DNA from: Octopus sinensis
Taxonomy: Eukaryota
Assembly (NCBI RefSeq): GCF_006345805.1
Contig: NC_042998.1
Location: 29,946,001 to 30,010,000, forward strand
DNA length: 64,000 bases
Direction: 5' to 3'
Of the stretch, positions 10,975 to 22,181 are shown piece after piece; positions within the stretch are counted from its first letter, which is position 1, and each line of letters starts with the position of its first letter. The position numbers and the translations under genes are program-made. The notes below the pieces were generated by a model. The model saw only the letters and a program-made list of their open reading frames with translations, was not told where the DNA came from and did not search any database.

Positions 10975-11650
10975 TATATATAAGAAGAAGAAAAACGTTT
11001 ATAATTATTAGAACGAAGAGGGATAAGAAAAACCATTATATGTTAAAAATAGCAGCCAAAACCGCTATAGAGCCATTATATCGTATAATTTCTCATCAGG
11101 ATAAAAACTGTTTTCGGACGACATGGCAAACAAAAACAACGACTTGAAAACAATTCGTTAATTCCTTTTTGCAATGTTTTTACATTACTCTCTACTTATT
11201 CAAATTTTTCTATCTCATGTCCGGTGATTTTGCTGTGGCACGAATTTGCCGGTCTTTTCACTTAAACGCTGTGCATGGCATTTGAATTCAAAACTTGATT
11301 GTGTAGATAGGGGTGAAAACAGTTCTATTTCCGGTCAGGATTCATGCTAGCCCCAAGGTAAAGCCATGTTTTGATTTCTATCTATAGTAATATTTCCCTC
11401 GACGGAGTGAATGGGTCCCTTAACTGGCCCCTAACGCCGAAATTGCAAAAGGGAATTAACAAATTATTTTCAAGTTGTGGTTTCTGTTTTCTATGCCGCA
11501 CGAGGACAGTTTTTACCACGGGGAGAAATAATTTGATCTAATGGCTTTATAGCGGTTTTGTTTGCTATCTTTAACAAAGAAGGTTTTTTTAACCCTCTTA
11601 GTTATAATTGTGACTTGTTCATTATTATAAACGGTTTCTTTTTTATATTC
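10975..11650. repeat. Old foldback element (~200-bp diverged inverted arms, ~265-bp spacer)
   Basis: tgttaaaaatagcagccaaaaccgctatagagccatta vs revcomp of taatggctttatagcggttttgtttgctatctttaaca; cttgaaaacaattcgttaattcctttttgcaat vs revcomp of attgcaaaagggaattaacaaattattttcaag. Confidence 0.7.
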
Positions 11651-11737
11651 TATGATAACATGTTTGCCCATTGATATATCCATAAATAATCTTAATTGTT
11701 TATAATATATCCTTCGTAACGTTTTTACATTACTCTC

Positions 11738-11769
<32 letters not shown>

Positions 11770-12178
11770 TATATATATAATATATATATATATAAACGTA
11801 CATACATACATATATACATATACATATAACAGTTTGATTCAGTAGCAATTCACTTAATGTTTCGTGGGCGCGTCAGATGAAAGAAAACGAGAATACGTTG
11901 GAAACAAATCAGAGTTGCTTTCTAGATATTTCGCATGTATTAGTATTCAAGCGTTCGCAAGTACTGAAGCGTGCAAATGTTCAGTCAGGTTTTGTGCATC
12001 TGCGATATTTTCAGAAATAAAAATCACCCAAATATCGAGCCTCTGACAGATATTGAGTGTTCTAAATCCGTCTGACTTTCTGTTTATCTGCCAATCTCTC
12101 TCTCTATCTATCTATCTACGTACGTATGTATGGATATATATGTAACATAGTTATATATGCATCCATGTATGAATATGC

Positions 12179-12180
<2 letters not shown>

Positions 12181-12213
<33 letters not shown>

Positions 12214-13455
12214 TGCATACATACAGACACACACACATATATATATATGTAAGCATATACTGAAGTATATAGCTATGCGTGGATGAGTGTTTGTGTTTGT
12301 TCCTCACTATTGTTTGACAAGGTTAACGTAGCAGTTCGGCAAAGGTGACCGATAGAAAGAGTACCAGGTTTTAAAATAAAATGAATCGAGAGTGTGCCCC
12401 AGCGTCGCCGCAGATCAAAAGCTTAAAAGAACTAAAAGAATATATGTATTCTTCTCTACGTCGAGGGACGGTACTCTTTCATTATTAAACTAAGTTTTAA
12501 ATGCGCATGCGTTAGTCAGTCATTACGTATCTCTCCGTTTCGTATTAGCTTTCGAACATATGTGTGTACTTTAGATAAAGATGCATACGTACATGTACAT
12601 ACATTAACACGTGCACATATACACATACTTATAACAACGTGCCCACACGTACGCACACACATGCATATTTTTTTGTGTACGTATGTATGTATACTACGTA
12701 TACATATATAATTATAGTAAATCCCAAAAAGAATGACAACCACAGAAAAACACAAAACCGCGGGGACGTGGTATATGTAAAGTATTAGCAGACGTTCAGG
12801 GAAGGAAAGAATGGTGGTTTAACGTCCAATAGAAAGGAAGACAGAGGAAGAAAATCGATAACGATTCACAATTATATATATATATATATATCAGTGTGTG
12901 TGGCAAATATACTTCACATTGTCGTGCAGCTACTGTTTATACCTCGTTCAGTGATTTATTATATATATATATTGTTTGTTCCTTCCCGAGCCAGGCCTGG
13001 CTCATTAGGGCCGGTTTCTCGGTTTCCTTGGCGCATAGTAGGTTCTCCACCTGGAAGGGACGCCGGTCCGTTGCAGGTGAGCTGCAAGAAGAAAAGGGGT
13101 GAGAGAGAGTTGTGGCGAAAGAGTCAGCAGAAGTTTCGCTATTACCTTCTGCCGGAGCCGCGTGGAGCTTAGGTGTTTCGTTCATAAACACACACATCGC
13201 CCGGTCTGAGATTCGAACCCGCGATCCCTCGACTCTCTAACCACTAGGCCATGTGTCACCATATTAAATATATATATATTAGAGGGAAACCACTATGTGG
13301 ACACCCTTATGCTAGAAATAGATCCGCTATGGTCTTACCACTAAGAAATGATCTCAAGAATACAATTTTACTGAGCCTTCAGTTTCTTTTATATGCTAGA
13401 CCACTGGTGTGAAATCGATGTTAATTAAATCAATATCTAATTTCCCTCATTTTAA

Positions 13456-13492
<37 letters not shown>

Positions 13493-14770
13493 ATATATAT
13501 AGATGCATACATACAGACACACACACACATATATATATATGTAAGCATATACTGAAGTATATAGCTATGCGTGGATGAGTGTTTGTGTTTGTTCCTCACT
13601 ATTGTTTGACAAGGTTAACGTAGCAGTTCGGCAAAGGTGACCGATAGAAAGAGTACCAGGTTTTAAAATAAAATGAATCGAGAGTGTGCCACAGCGTCGC
13701 CGCAGATCAAAAGCTTAAAAGAACTAAAAGAATATATGTATTCTTCTCTACATCGAGGGACGGTACTCTTTCATTATTAAACTAAGTTTTAAATGCGCAT
13801 GCGTTAGTCAGTCATTACGTATCTCTCCGTTTCGTATTAGCTTTCGAACATATGTGTGTACTTTAGATAAAGATGCATACGTACATGTACATACATTAAC
13901 ACGTGCACATATACACATACTTATAACAACGTGCCCACACGTACGCACACACATGCATATTTTTTTGTGTACGTATGTATGTATACTACGTATACATATA
14001 TAATTATAGTAAATCCAAAAAGAATGACAACCACAGAAAAACACAATACCGCGGGGACGTGGTATATGTAAAGTATTAGCAGACGTTCAGGGAAGGAAAG
14101 AATGGTGGTTTAACGTCCAATAGAAAGGAAGACAGAGGAAGAAAATCGATAACGATTCACAATTATATATATATATATATATCAGTGTGTGTGGCAAATA
14201 TACTTCACATTGTCGTGCAGCTACTGTTTATACCTCGTTCAGTGATTTATTATATATATATATATTGTTTGTTCCTTCCCGAGCCAGGCCTGGCTCATTA
14301 GGGCCGGTTTCTCGGTTTCCTTGGCGCATAGTAGGTTCTCCACCTGGAAGGGACGCCGGTCCGTTGCAGGTGAGCTGCAAGAAGAAAAGGGGTGAGAGAG
14401 AGTTGTGGCGAAAGAGTCAGCAGAAGTTTCGCTATTACCTTCTGCCGGAGCCGCGTGGAGCTTAGGTGTTTCGCTCATAAACACACACATCGCCCGGTCT
14501 GAGATTCGAACCCGCGATCCCTCGACTCTCTAACCACTAGGCCATGTGTCACCATATTAAATATATATATATTAGAGGGAAACCACTATGTGGACACCCT
14601 TATGCTAGAAATAGATCCGCTATGGTCTTACCACTAAGAAATGATCTCAAGAATACAATTTTACTGAGCCTTCAGTTTCTCTTATATGCTAGACCACTGG
14701 TGTGAAATCGATGTTAATTAAATTAATATCTAATTTCCCTCATTTTAAATATATATATATATATATATAT
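12181..14770 (+). repeat. Recent tandem duplication, 2 x ~1290 bp, bounded by (AT)n
   Basis: Units begin agatgcatacatacagacac at 12211 and 13501; only about 7 non-microsatellite differences seen. Confidence 0.95.
12985..13258 (-). mobile_element. SINE, head C + tail Z (second copy ~14275-14551)
   Basis: Head and core match 1357-1665; tail matches the tail of 54235-54489. Confidence 0.8.
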
Positions 14771-15548
14771 ATGCGCCCATACATATGAATTCCGATTACA
14801 TCAGTTAGAATTGATAGAACAACACAAATGCTGCTATCAGTCAAATCGCTAATCGTAGTAAATGCGAATTACATATTCACTCGCCGTATGGCATACTTTC
14901 ATGTTCTTTTGCTGTTTGCTGCCGGTAAATCTTAAGCTTTTAAATGTAAGTACACAATTACATTCATACGTTAAAATTGTTGTGCAAACAGCTAGAGAAT
15001 AAACACCTAAAATTACGTGCAGAAATTGCAAGTAAAGCTGATAACAATGAAATATTGAGTAGGGTACTCGATATAATTGAAATCGATAGAGAATTTTAAT
15101 AGCGATCACAGTTGAGTGAAATCTAATATCTTCCACATTAAGTGCAATCGTGAGGAAATCGTAGCAACGTCTGTGACACGACTAACCGCATTCTTTTATG
15201 TAGTATAATACATAATACTAATAAAATTTCTATATTTCTCAAACAGCGCGATGGTGACGGCAGACAGGAACATATCACTTACCGTGCTAAAAGTGCAATT
15301 TCCATCGTCTGTATGTGTTTAGAGAGTTTCATTATTTCGACTTTCTTAAATTTCACTTTCCCATTTTTTTTTATATACTCATGCATTATAATCTGTTGAA
15401 TCTATAATTTTGAGAATGTTTTATAAAAATGAAAAACGATAATGATACAATGGTAATAATGGAATGAGACGATTAACCAGAGTTTCCTTTTCAGAAAAAC
15501 AGGATTTTGTTTTTAATTCCCGAATAATGAAAACATACAAAACTTTAT

Positions 15549-15683
15549 GGCGCAGGAGTGGCTGTGTGGTAAGTAGCTTGCTTACCAGCCACATGGTTCC
15601 GGATTCAGTCCCACTGCGTGACACTTTGGGCCGACCAAAGCCTTGTGAGTGGATTTGGTAGACGGAAACTGAAAGAAGCCCGT

Positions 15684-15740
<57 letters not shown>

Positions 15741-15943
15741 ATGTTTGTGTGTCTGTTTGTCTCCCCAACATCGCTTGACAACCGATGGTGGTGTGTTTAG
15801 GTCCCCGTAACTTAGCGGTTCTGCACAAGAGACCGATAGAATAAGTACTAGGCTTACAAAGAATAAGGCCTGGGGTCGATTTGCTCGACTAAAGGTGGTG
15901 CTCCAGCATGGCCGCAGTCAAATGACTGAAACATGTCAAAGAG
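15549..15943 (+). mobile_element. SINE A
   Basis: Near full-length family A copy. Confidence 0.9.
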
Positions 15944-16249
15944 TATGATGTTCGAGGAATAAATGAATATAAAAGCGTCCCGACTTAGAAGAATCATCTG
16001 ACTTTTGTTCCAGGTCAAATAATTGATTTCAGAAAGAAGAATAGCTTTCGTTATCCCTTGGTGGACGTATGTTATTAATTCTCATGCGATAGGGATCCAG
16101 CCGCATGTCTTCTTCAGGTCATTGCACATAATTTCTACCATAGTAATAATGGAAAAAGCTGGACATCGCAACATATCATTCCCCACACTTTCAGTTTTTT
16201 GGATACAAAGGAGACTGCTCCAAATAAAACAAAAATGTTTTTTCTAATG

Positions 16250-16590
16250 CTGTGGTTCTCAATCGGTGTCCATGTAGCCCCTGAGGGCCCATATAAGATT
16301 TTGGGGGATCTATGCAACAAAATAGTAATTTGGGGATTCACGATAATAATTTAAAGGCCCCTCAACATATTTGCTTTAGATATACGTATTGCTATATATT
16401 GCAGAAAACGGGTTTCTTTCTCATTTTCCATAGTTCAACCTACGCAAGTGAATGTGGGAAAAACAAAATAGGAAGTTTGAAAGAAATTTCTATAAAACTA
16501 GATTTTAAACACTGAATGACCGTGAGGATCCACCAGAGTAAAATAGCAATCAAAGGGGGCCCATCGATGAAAATTGGTTGCGAACCCCTG
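16250..16590. mobile_element. hAT-type MITE
   Basis: TIRs ctgtggttctcaatc / ggttgcgaacccctg; 8-bp TSD ttctaatg / gtctaacg. Confidence 0.75.
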
Positions 16591-17444
16591 GTCTAACGTA
16601 AATCAGAAATATCTCTATTCTACACTTATTATTTCTCTGTATGCACTCATATATATAGAAAATTGTTTCTCAGTATATTTACTGTGATTAGAAAATTGTT
16701 TGAATATTAATGTGTAAGTGAACATTTTCAGAGAATACTGTAGTCCTTCAATAGTATTTATATCTTTTAGTGACATTAGGATATTACTCTTGTACGTTTT
16801 TGACAGTGTAAAGGAAACGATGTTCGTCGTATTTGAGTGAAAGGAAGTAAATACTAAAGACTGCTCGCTCAATACGTTATTACTTTTGCCATTCCGCGGA
16901 CTATGTACGCATTATCTTTTCATGATCACTTAATAAGTTTATTATTTTTTTTAGATAAGTTACAATTTGGGTATTACTAGTTTTACCCTTTGAAAATGGC
17001 AAAGAATTGATCCTATACTTGGTACTGATAACAATATAGCAAAGAACTCTATCTTTCAAAGAATATATTTTAGACGAGAATTTCATATACTCGATTAGAA
17101 AACTATGTCAGCTTCTTTGCCACTAAGTCATTATATGATTCTAGATGAGTCAAGTGAAAAGTATAATGACACTCTCCAATGACTCGAGCACTTATAAATT
17201 TATCCTGGTCGGCCGTTTTGATTATGAACCGTGTTTGACGATTGCTGGGCAGTCATGTATTACGTTTTACACGCATCAGTCACAAGTAAAACACAATATC
17301 GGTACATATCCAAGAGTCACACCAAAGAGAATAGTTATTTCATGAAGTTATAACATATTTTAATCAGTCTTGAATGGAAATAAGAATTTCAACAAGCACG
17401 TTATATTGACCCTTACAATATTTTATTATGCTACCGAGCAATCA

Positions 17445-17630
17445 TTTTCAACCCCAGATCATGTTTGATTAAACAGTAACAGTCATATGTTTAAAGGAAT
17501 TCCAGACGCGATCACCCCACCTTCTTAGTTTCAGGAGAGGCGTGTCTACCTACGTGTCTTCTTTTAATAAAATAGTAAGAGATTTGAGGAACATTTAGTT
17601 GATATTCCTAGCAGGTGTATGGGATAGGTA
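17445..17630 (-). mobile_element. Degenerate SINE-like repeat, family E (related copy ~22985-23175)
   Basis: Shared gatttgag...attt..tt.atatt..tagcagg motif between the two loci. Confidence 0.45.
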
Positions 17631-18604
17631 AAGAGTTACCAGTCGACTCGAAAACAATTAATTATCACCTTAGGTTATACATATTCTAACATGTTATCGT
17701 GTAGATGCCAGCATTTTATAAAACGAAACATTAAAAGAACAAACATTTCATGCAAACCGCCAACAATCGTTTCAGCTCTAGTAAATACAATGAAATTTAT
17801 ATATTTTAACCAGTATAGTAGTTACGTCTGATAATACATGACTGTATTTAATAACTATGCTCAATATTTGTTTCAATGTTAAACATTTAATAACATTAAA
17901 AATTGGAAGGAATTCCAATCGTGAAATCTTCAGTAGAGAGTATCAAGCTTGACGGTGACATTTTAAACAAGACTGAAACCGGACGCCACACGTTAAGCTT
18001 CATAAAACAGTGTCTACGAAGCAAATTGAAGACATAATTGAATTATTAAGAATTATGAAACGAATTCAAAAGTGACTTTTAACTCCGTTAGCAATAAAAC
18101 AAAGTCGAAAAAAGAACTATATATGTGTAATACAAAGAACGAATTTTACAGAGATTTGAATAGAAATAAATATTTATAAAATGTAATATTTTCACAAATG
18201 CCATTACTAAAACGTTATTGCTTTTATTTCGTTAGAAAATGGTGTTATGAAAGCGGAACATATGGCAACGATATAAATGAGCGATAAAAATAAACTGACA
18301 GCACAAATATGATATATTTCGAGTTAAGACACACACGCACATACACACTGCTATTATACATCTCTCTCTTAGTCAATTATACATAAGCACATAACGAGTA
18401 TAATCTATATTCATTTCCATATCGATTTTCTCAAGGGTGTCACAAGAATTGTAGGCCACTGCAAAATATAACTAAGTGTTTAATTTTTTCCTGTATGATT
18501 TAAAGTTCTGAAATTACTATCCCATTTATTTACATTTGAGGGATATTTGTCCTCATCTTGATTGTTGTTACTACAACGTTTCGGCTGATATACCCTACAG
18601 CAGA

Positions 18605-19030
18605 TTGGGGTGACAATTGTTTACTGGTCAGGCTTCAAGAATCCTGCGACGAATTCTTGCAATTCCCAGCACCTTCACGCTTGCACTGATCTTTGTCAGC
18701 CATGTTGGTAGCTGAGTGCAGATACTTCCAACTTTTGGTATCACGTCTACTCTCTTCACTGGTCACAACCTCCATATTTCCCACTTAAAATCGTCATAAT
18801 TGTTTATTCTTTCTTCTTCTTCTTTCACGTTGATCCTGTTGAAACCTGGACATGCTGTGTCCGATATCATGCATGATCCTTCTTTTTTTGAACACAACAA
18901 TGTCCGGTTTCTCATGTCTGGTCAGGTGATCGCACTGAATCATTGCATCCCACAGGATTTCATTCTCAGTAACTCCTTCTGGGGTATGATCATACCACGT
19001 CTTTGCTCTTTGTATGCCATGATTTCTACT
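18605..19030 (-). mobile_element. RLE-type (R4/Dong-like) LINE C-terminal fragment
   Basis: WYDHTPEGVTENEILWDAMIQCDHLTRHEKPDIVV...NYDDFKWEIWRL...VDVIP...LGIARI; PD-(D/E)xK nuclease region, decayed. Confidence 0.8.
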
Positions 19031-19061
19031 GAGCTTCCATTATTATTATTATCTAAAAGAA

Positions 19062-19645
19062 AGATGGAGAATTGGTGAGATCGTTAGCATGCCAGGCGAA
19101 ATGCTTAGCGGCATTTCGTCCGTGTTTACGTTCTGATTTCAAATCCCGCAGGGGTAGACTTTGCGTTTAATCCTTCTGTTGTCGTTAAAATAAGTACCAG
19201 TTTGTTCTGGGGTCGAAATGCAGGCTCCGCTTTAGTTGTTGGGCTTTTGTCAAAATCCGAAAGCATTATTAAAACAGTTTGATTCGGCCCCATGTGACTT
19301 AATTTGTAGGCTTCGTAGGGGTCAGCTAACCGATTCGGGTTACTGAGCCCATCGAGTTAGGTTTCTATAAGAAGCCTTCGAAACTATAAGTAACCTGGTG
19401 CCGAATAGAACTGTTTACATAATAATATATGTACTAACTAAGGCGGTGAGCTGGCAGAACCATTAGCACGTCGAGCGAAATACTTAGCGGTATTTCGTCA
19501 GTTTGTGCGATCTGCGTTCAAATTCCGCCGAAGTCGACTTTGTCGTTATTCGTTTCGTAGTTGATCAAACGATCACCGTTTGAGCCCAGGGGTCGATGTA
19601 ATTGACTTAGGCCCTCTAGCCCTGTGCCAAAATTTGAAACCAATA
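19062..19645 (+). mobile_element. Two degenerate SINE B copies (19062-19270, 19440-19645)
   Basis: Family B head and body motifs. Confidence 0.75.
19272..19416. mobile_element. 145-bp foldback/MITE-like hairpin
   Basis: aaacagtttgattcggc / gccgaatagaactgttt, with pairing continuing inward to a small loop. Confidence 0.65.
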
Positions 19646-21847
19646 TATGTAACTCCTACTAAATGTGTTAAATGCCTCTGTCTTTCGTTTGTCCATCCAT
19701 CCGTATCCATTCAAACATGTCCGAGTAAAGTCAAACATGTTTGAAAGTTGTTTAGGCTTCGAGTTATGTGACAGATAAGGTATTGTTGAATGATTTACTG
19801 TGCCTTTCTAGAAACTTTTTTGTCTTTCATCTTAACCAATGATTCGTTAATATTCAAGTATATATCACATCCAATTGAGCATATAGTTATGCATATAATG
19901 TTACAAATGATTTTATAGAACATAGGTCTGAAGGGCACGTGTGAATGTGCAAACACATACGAGAATGCATTACGGAAGAAACCATTTTCATTATATGCAG
20001 ACATACACAAAGTAGAATAAATACGATCCTACGTAAACTCAATCAATACTTCTTACATATATATCTGCATACGCTCCAACAGATCATTTCCTTTGTAATT
20101 GACATAGGTCAAACACTTTACATTAACGAGTGCATTAATGACGTGAAGACAAAAATACGCTTGGAATCAGTCAGAACACCTTAAAGCCAAAACAAGCAAA
20201 CATAGCTGGAAATAATCGATGCCATTGATTAAATAAGGCCAGCTTACTCATATAAGTATTTTCACAGATTCGAAAAACAAACAAGTTTTATTAGTACGTT
20301 ACGTGTCTTCAGCCGAGAATAATTTCACGAAATCTTCTTTGTTGAAGAATGCAAAGTAAACAAAAGAAAAACAATTGGTGAAGATCACTCAATAAAATAA
20401 AACTAATAAAAAAAAAACGTCCTTTTATATTTGGCCAGTTGTTTAAGTTCTTCATTCGTTGCTAAGGAAATTCAATATTAGAATGATGAAAGATAAAATG
20501 TCTCACATACCTACTTGAATTAGCGAAAGAGAAAAAAAGTTTTAATGATTCCGGTTCCCCAACCCGGCACAAAATGCCTGAATTTAAATATTTATTTCAA
20601 ATGTCCAGTCCTTATAGGGAAGTGCACTGAAAGATGACTTTGTATATGTACTGGTTTATGGCAATAGGGTTCAGACTGCTACTAGCTTTTCGACATTTGC
20701 GCAGTATATATTACTATGGTTATAATCGCCATAATTTCGCAGCCATTTTACCAGTTGTTTTGTCAAATTTTGTACTTATGACACATAAATAAACGTATTA
20801 ATCGGTTAATAATAAAAATCTAACCAGATTCCCCTACATTATCTTAGAAACTAGGCTTTTAGCTACTTGTTATGTAATTATTTTCATTAAAAATACCATG
20901 CTGAAATAGGACAACTAAAGGTAGATATCATTTAAATTAATAATGCTTAGGAAGTGAATTAAATCAACTTTTAAAGCGGAAGAGTAACGAAGGAAATACG
21001 AAACAGTATGCACGACGTCAGCAAGAAAAACCATCGATTAAATGAACAAAGTATGCTTTAGGTAAACACTGTAAATCTTTATCATTTATTTTGCTGTTAA
21101 TGTTATCCTTTATATATATACTAAAATCCCATTTAAGAGGGAACATCTTGAAACAAGATGTTGCACAACAATATATATATATTTCGCGTATTAGTATAGG
21201 AACGGAGAATTTATCAAAGCAACATTAGTGATTATTGATCTCGTTTTGTGTGCTAAACTACGCTTAAATAAGAGTAAAGCAGCATTGATCTTACGGTTAT
21301 TTGAAAGCAGTTCTTTAAACTTAAATTTTTATAACGCATCTAATTTACATATACTTTTCCACCAACAATAATGGCAGAAAATATATTAAGGTTCGGTTTC
21401 GGTAATTTTTACATATTACAGAGTATGCACACACAGGGAGCAGGTGAAAGCAACGTAAGTATAGATAACGCTATTACATGTTATCTATATTAAGATATAC
21501 ATCATCATCCATGGCTGGTGCCCCTGCGTCGAAAGTTAGTTATAAGAACAATACCTGTTGAGCTGTTATGGAGGTAGGAATGCAGATAAACACTGATAGG
21601 CTTCAGACTTATATTTGCATGGAGTAAAAATTACAAAATAAGGGGAAAAGCAAAAAAAGTAGAAAATAATAATTTTATCTCGACAGCTATTTCAAGATTC
21701 TAGTGTTCTGTCGTGTTTTCCTTTTTCTTTATACTGTAATCTGTATTTTGCCTTCCATATAAATATGCTTTCCAAGCCTACATGCTTTTATTTGCTATTT
21801 TACTCGCTCTGTGTGTGTGTCTCTCTCTGTATGTGTATATATATATA

Positions 21848-22181
21848 TGGTTCCGGATTCAGTCCCACTGCGTCGCACCTTGGGTAAGTGTCTTCTACTA
21901 TAGCCTAGGGCCGACCAAAGCCACGTGAGTGGATTTGATAGACGGGAACTGAAAGAAGCCCATCGCATATATGTATGTGTATATGCTTGTGTGTCTGTGC
22001 CCCCATCATCGCTTGGCAACCGATGTTGGTGTGTTTACGTCTCCCCACCCTAGCGCTTTGGCAAAAGAGATAATACGAATAAGTACTAGGCTTACGAAGA
22101 ATAAGTCCTGGGGTCGATTTGTTCGACTAAAGGCGGTACTCTAGCATGGTCGCAGTCAAATGGCTGAAAAAAATAAAGAAT
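21848..22181 (+). mobile_element. SINE A, 5'-truncated
   Basis: Family A core and tail; followed by (GAGT)n(GAGC)n. Confidence 0.85.
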
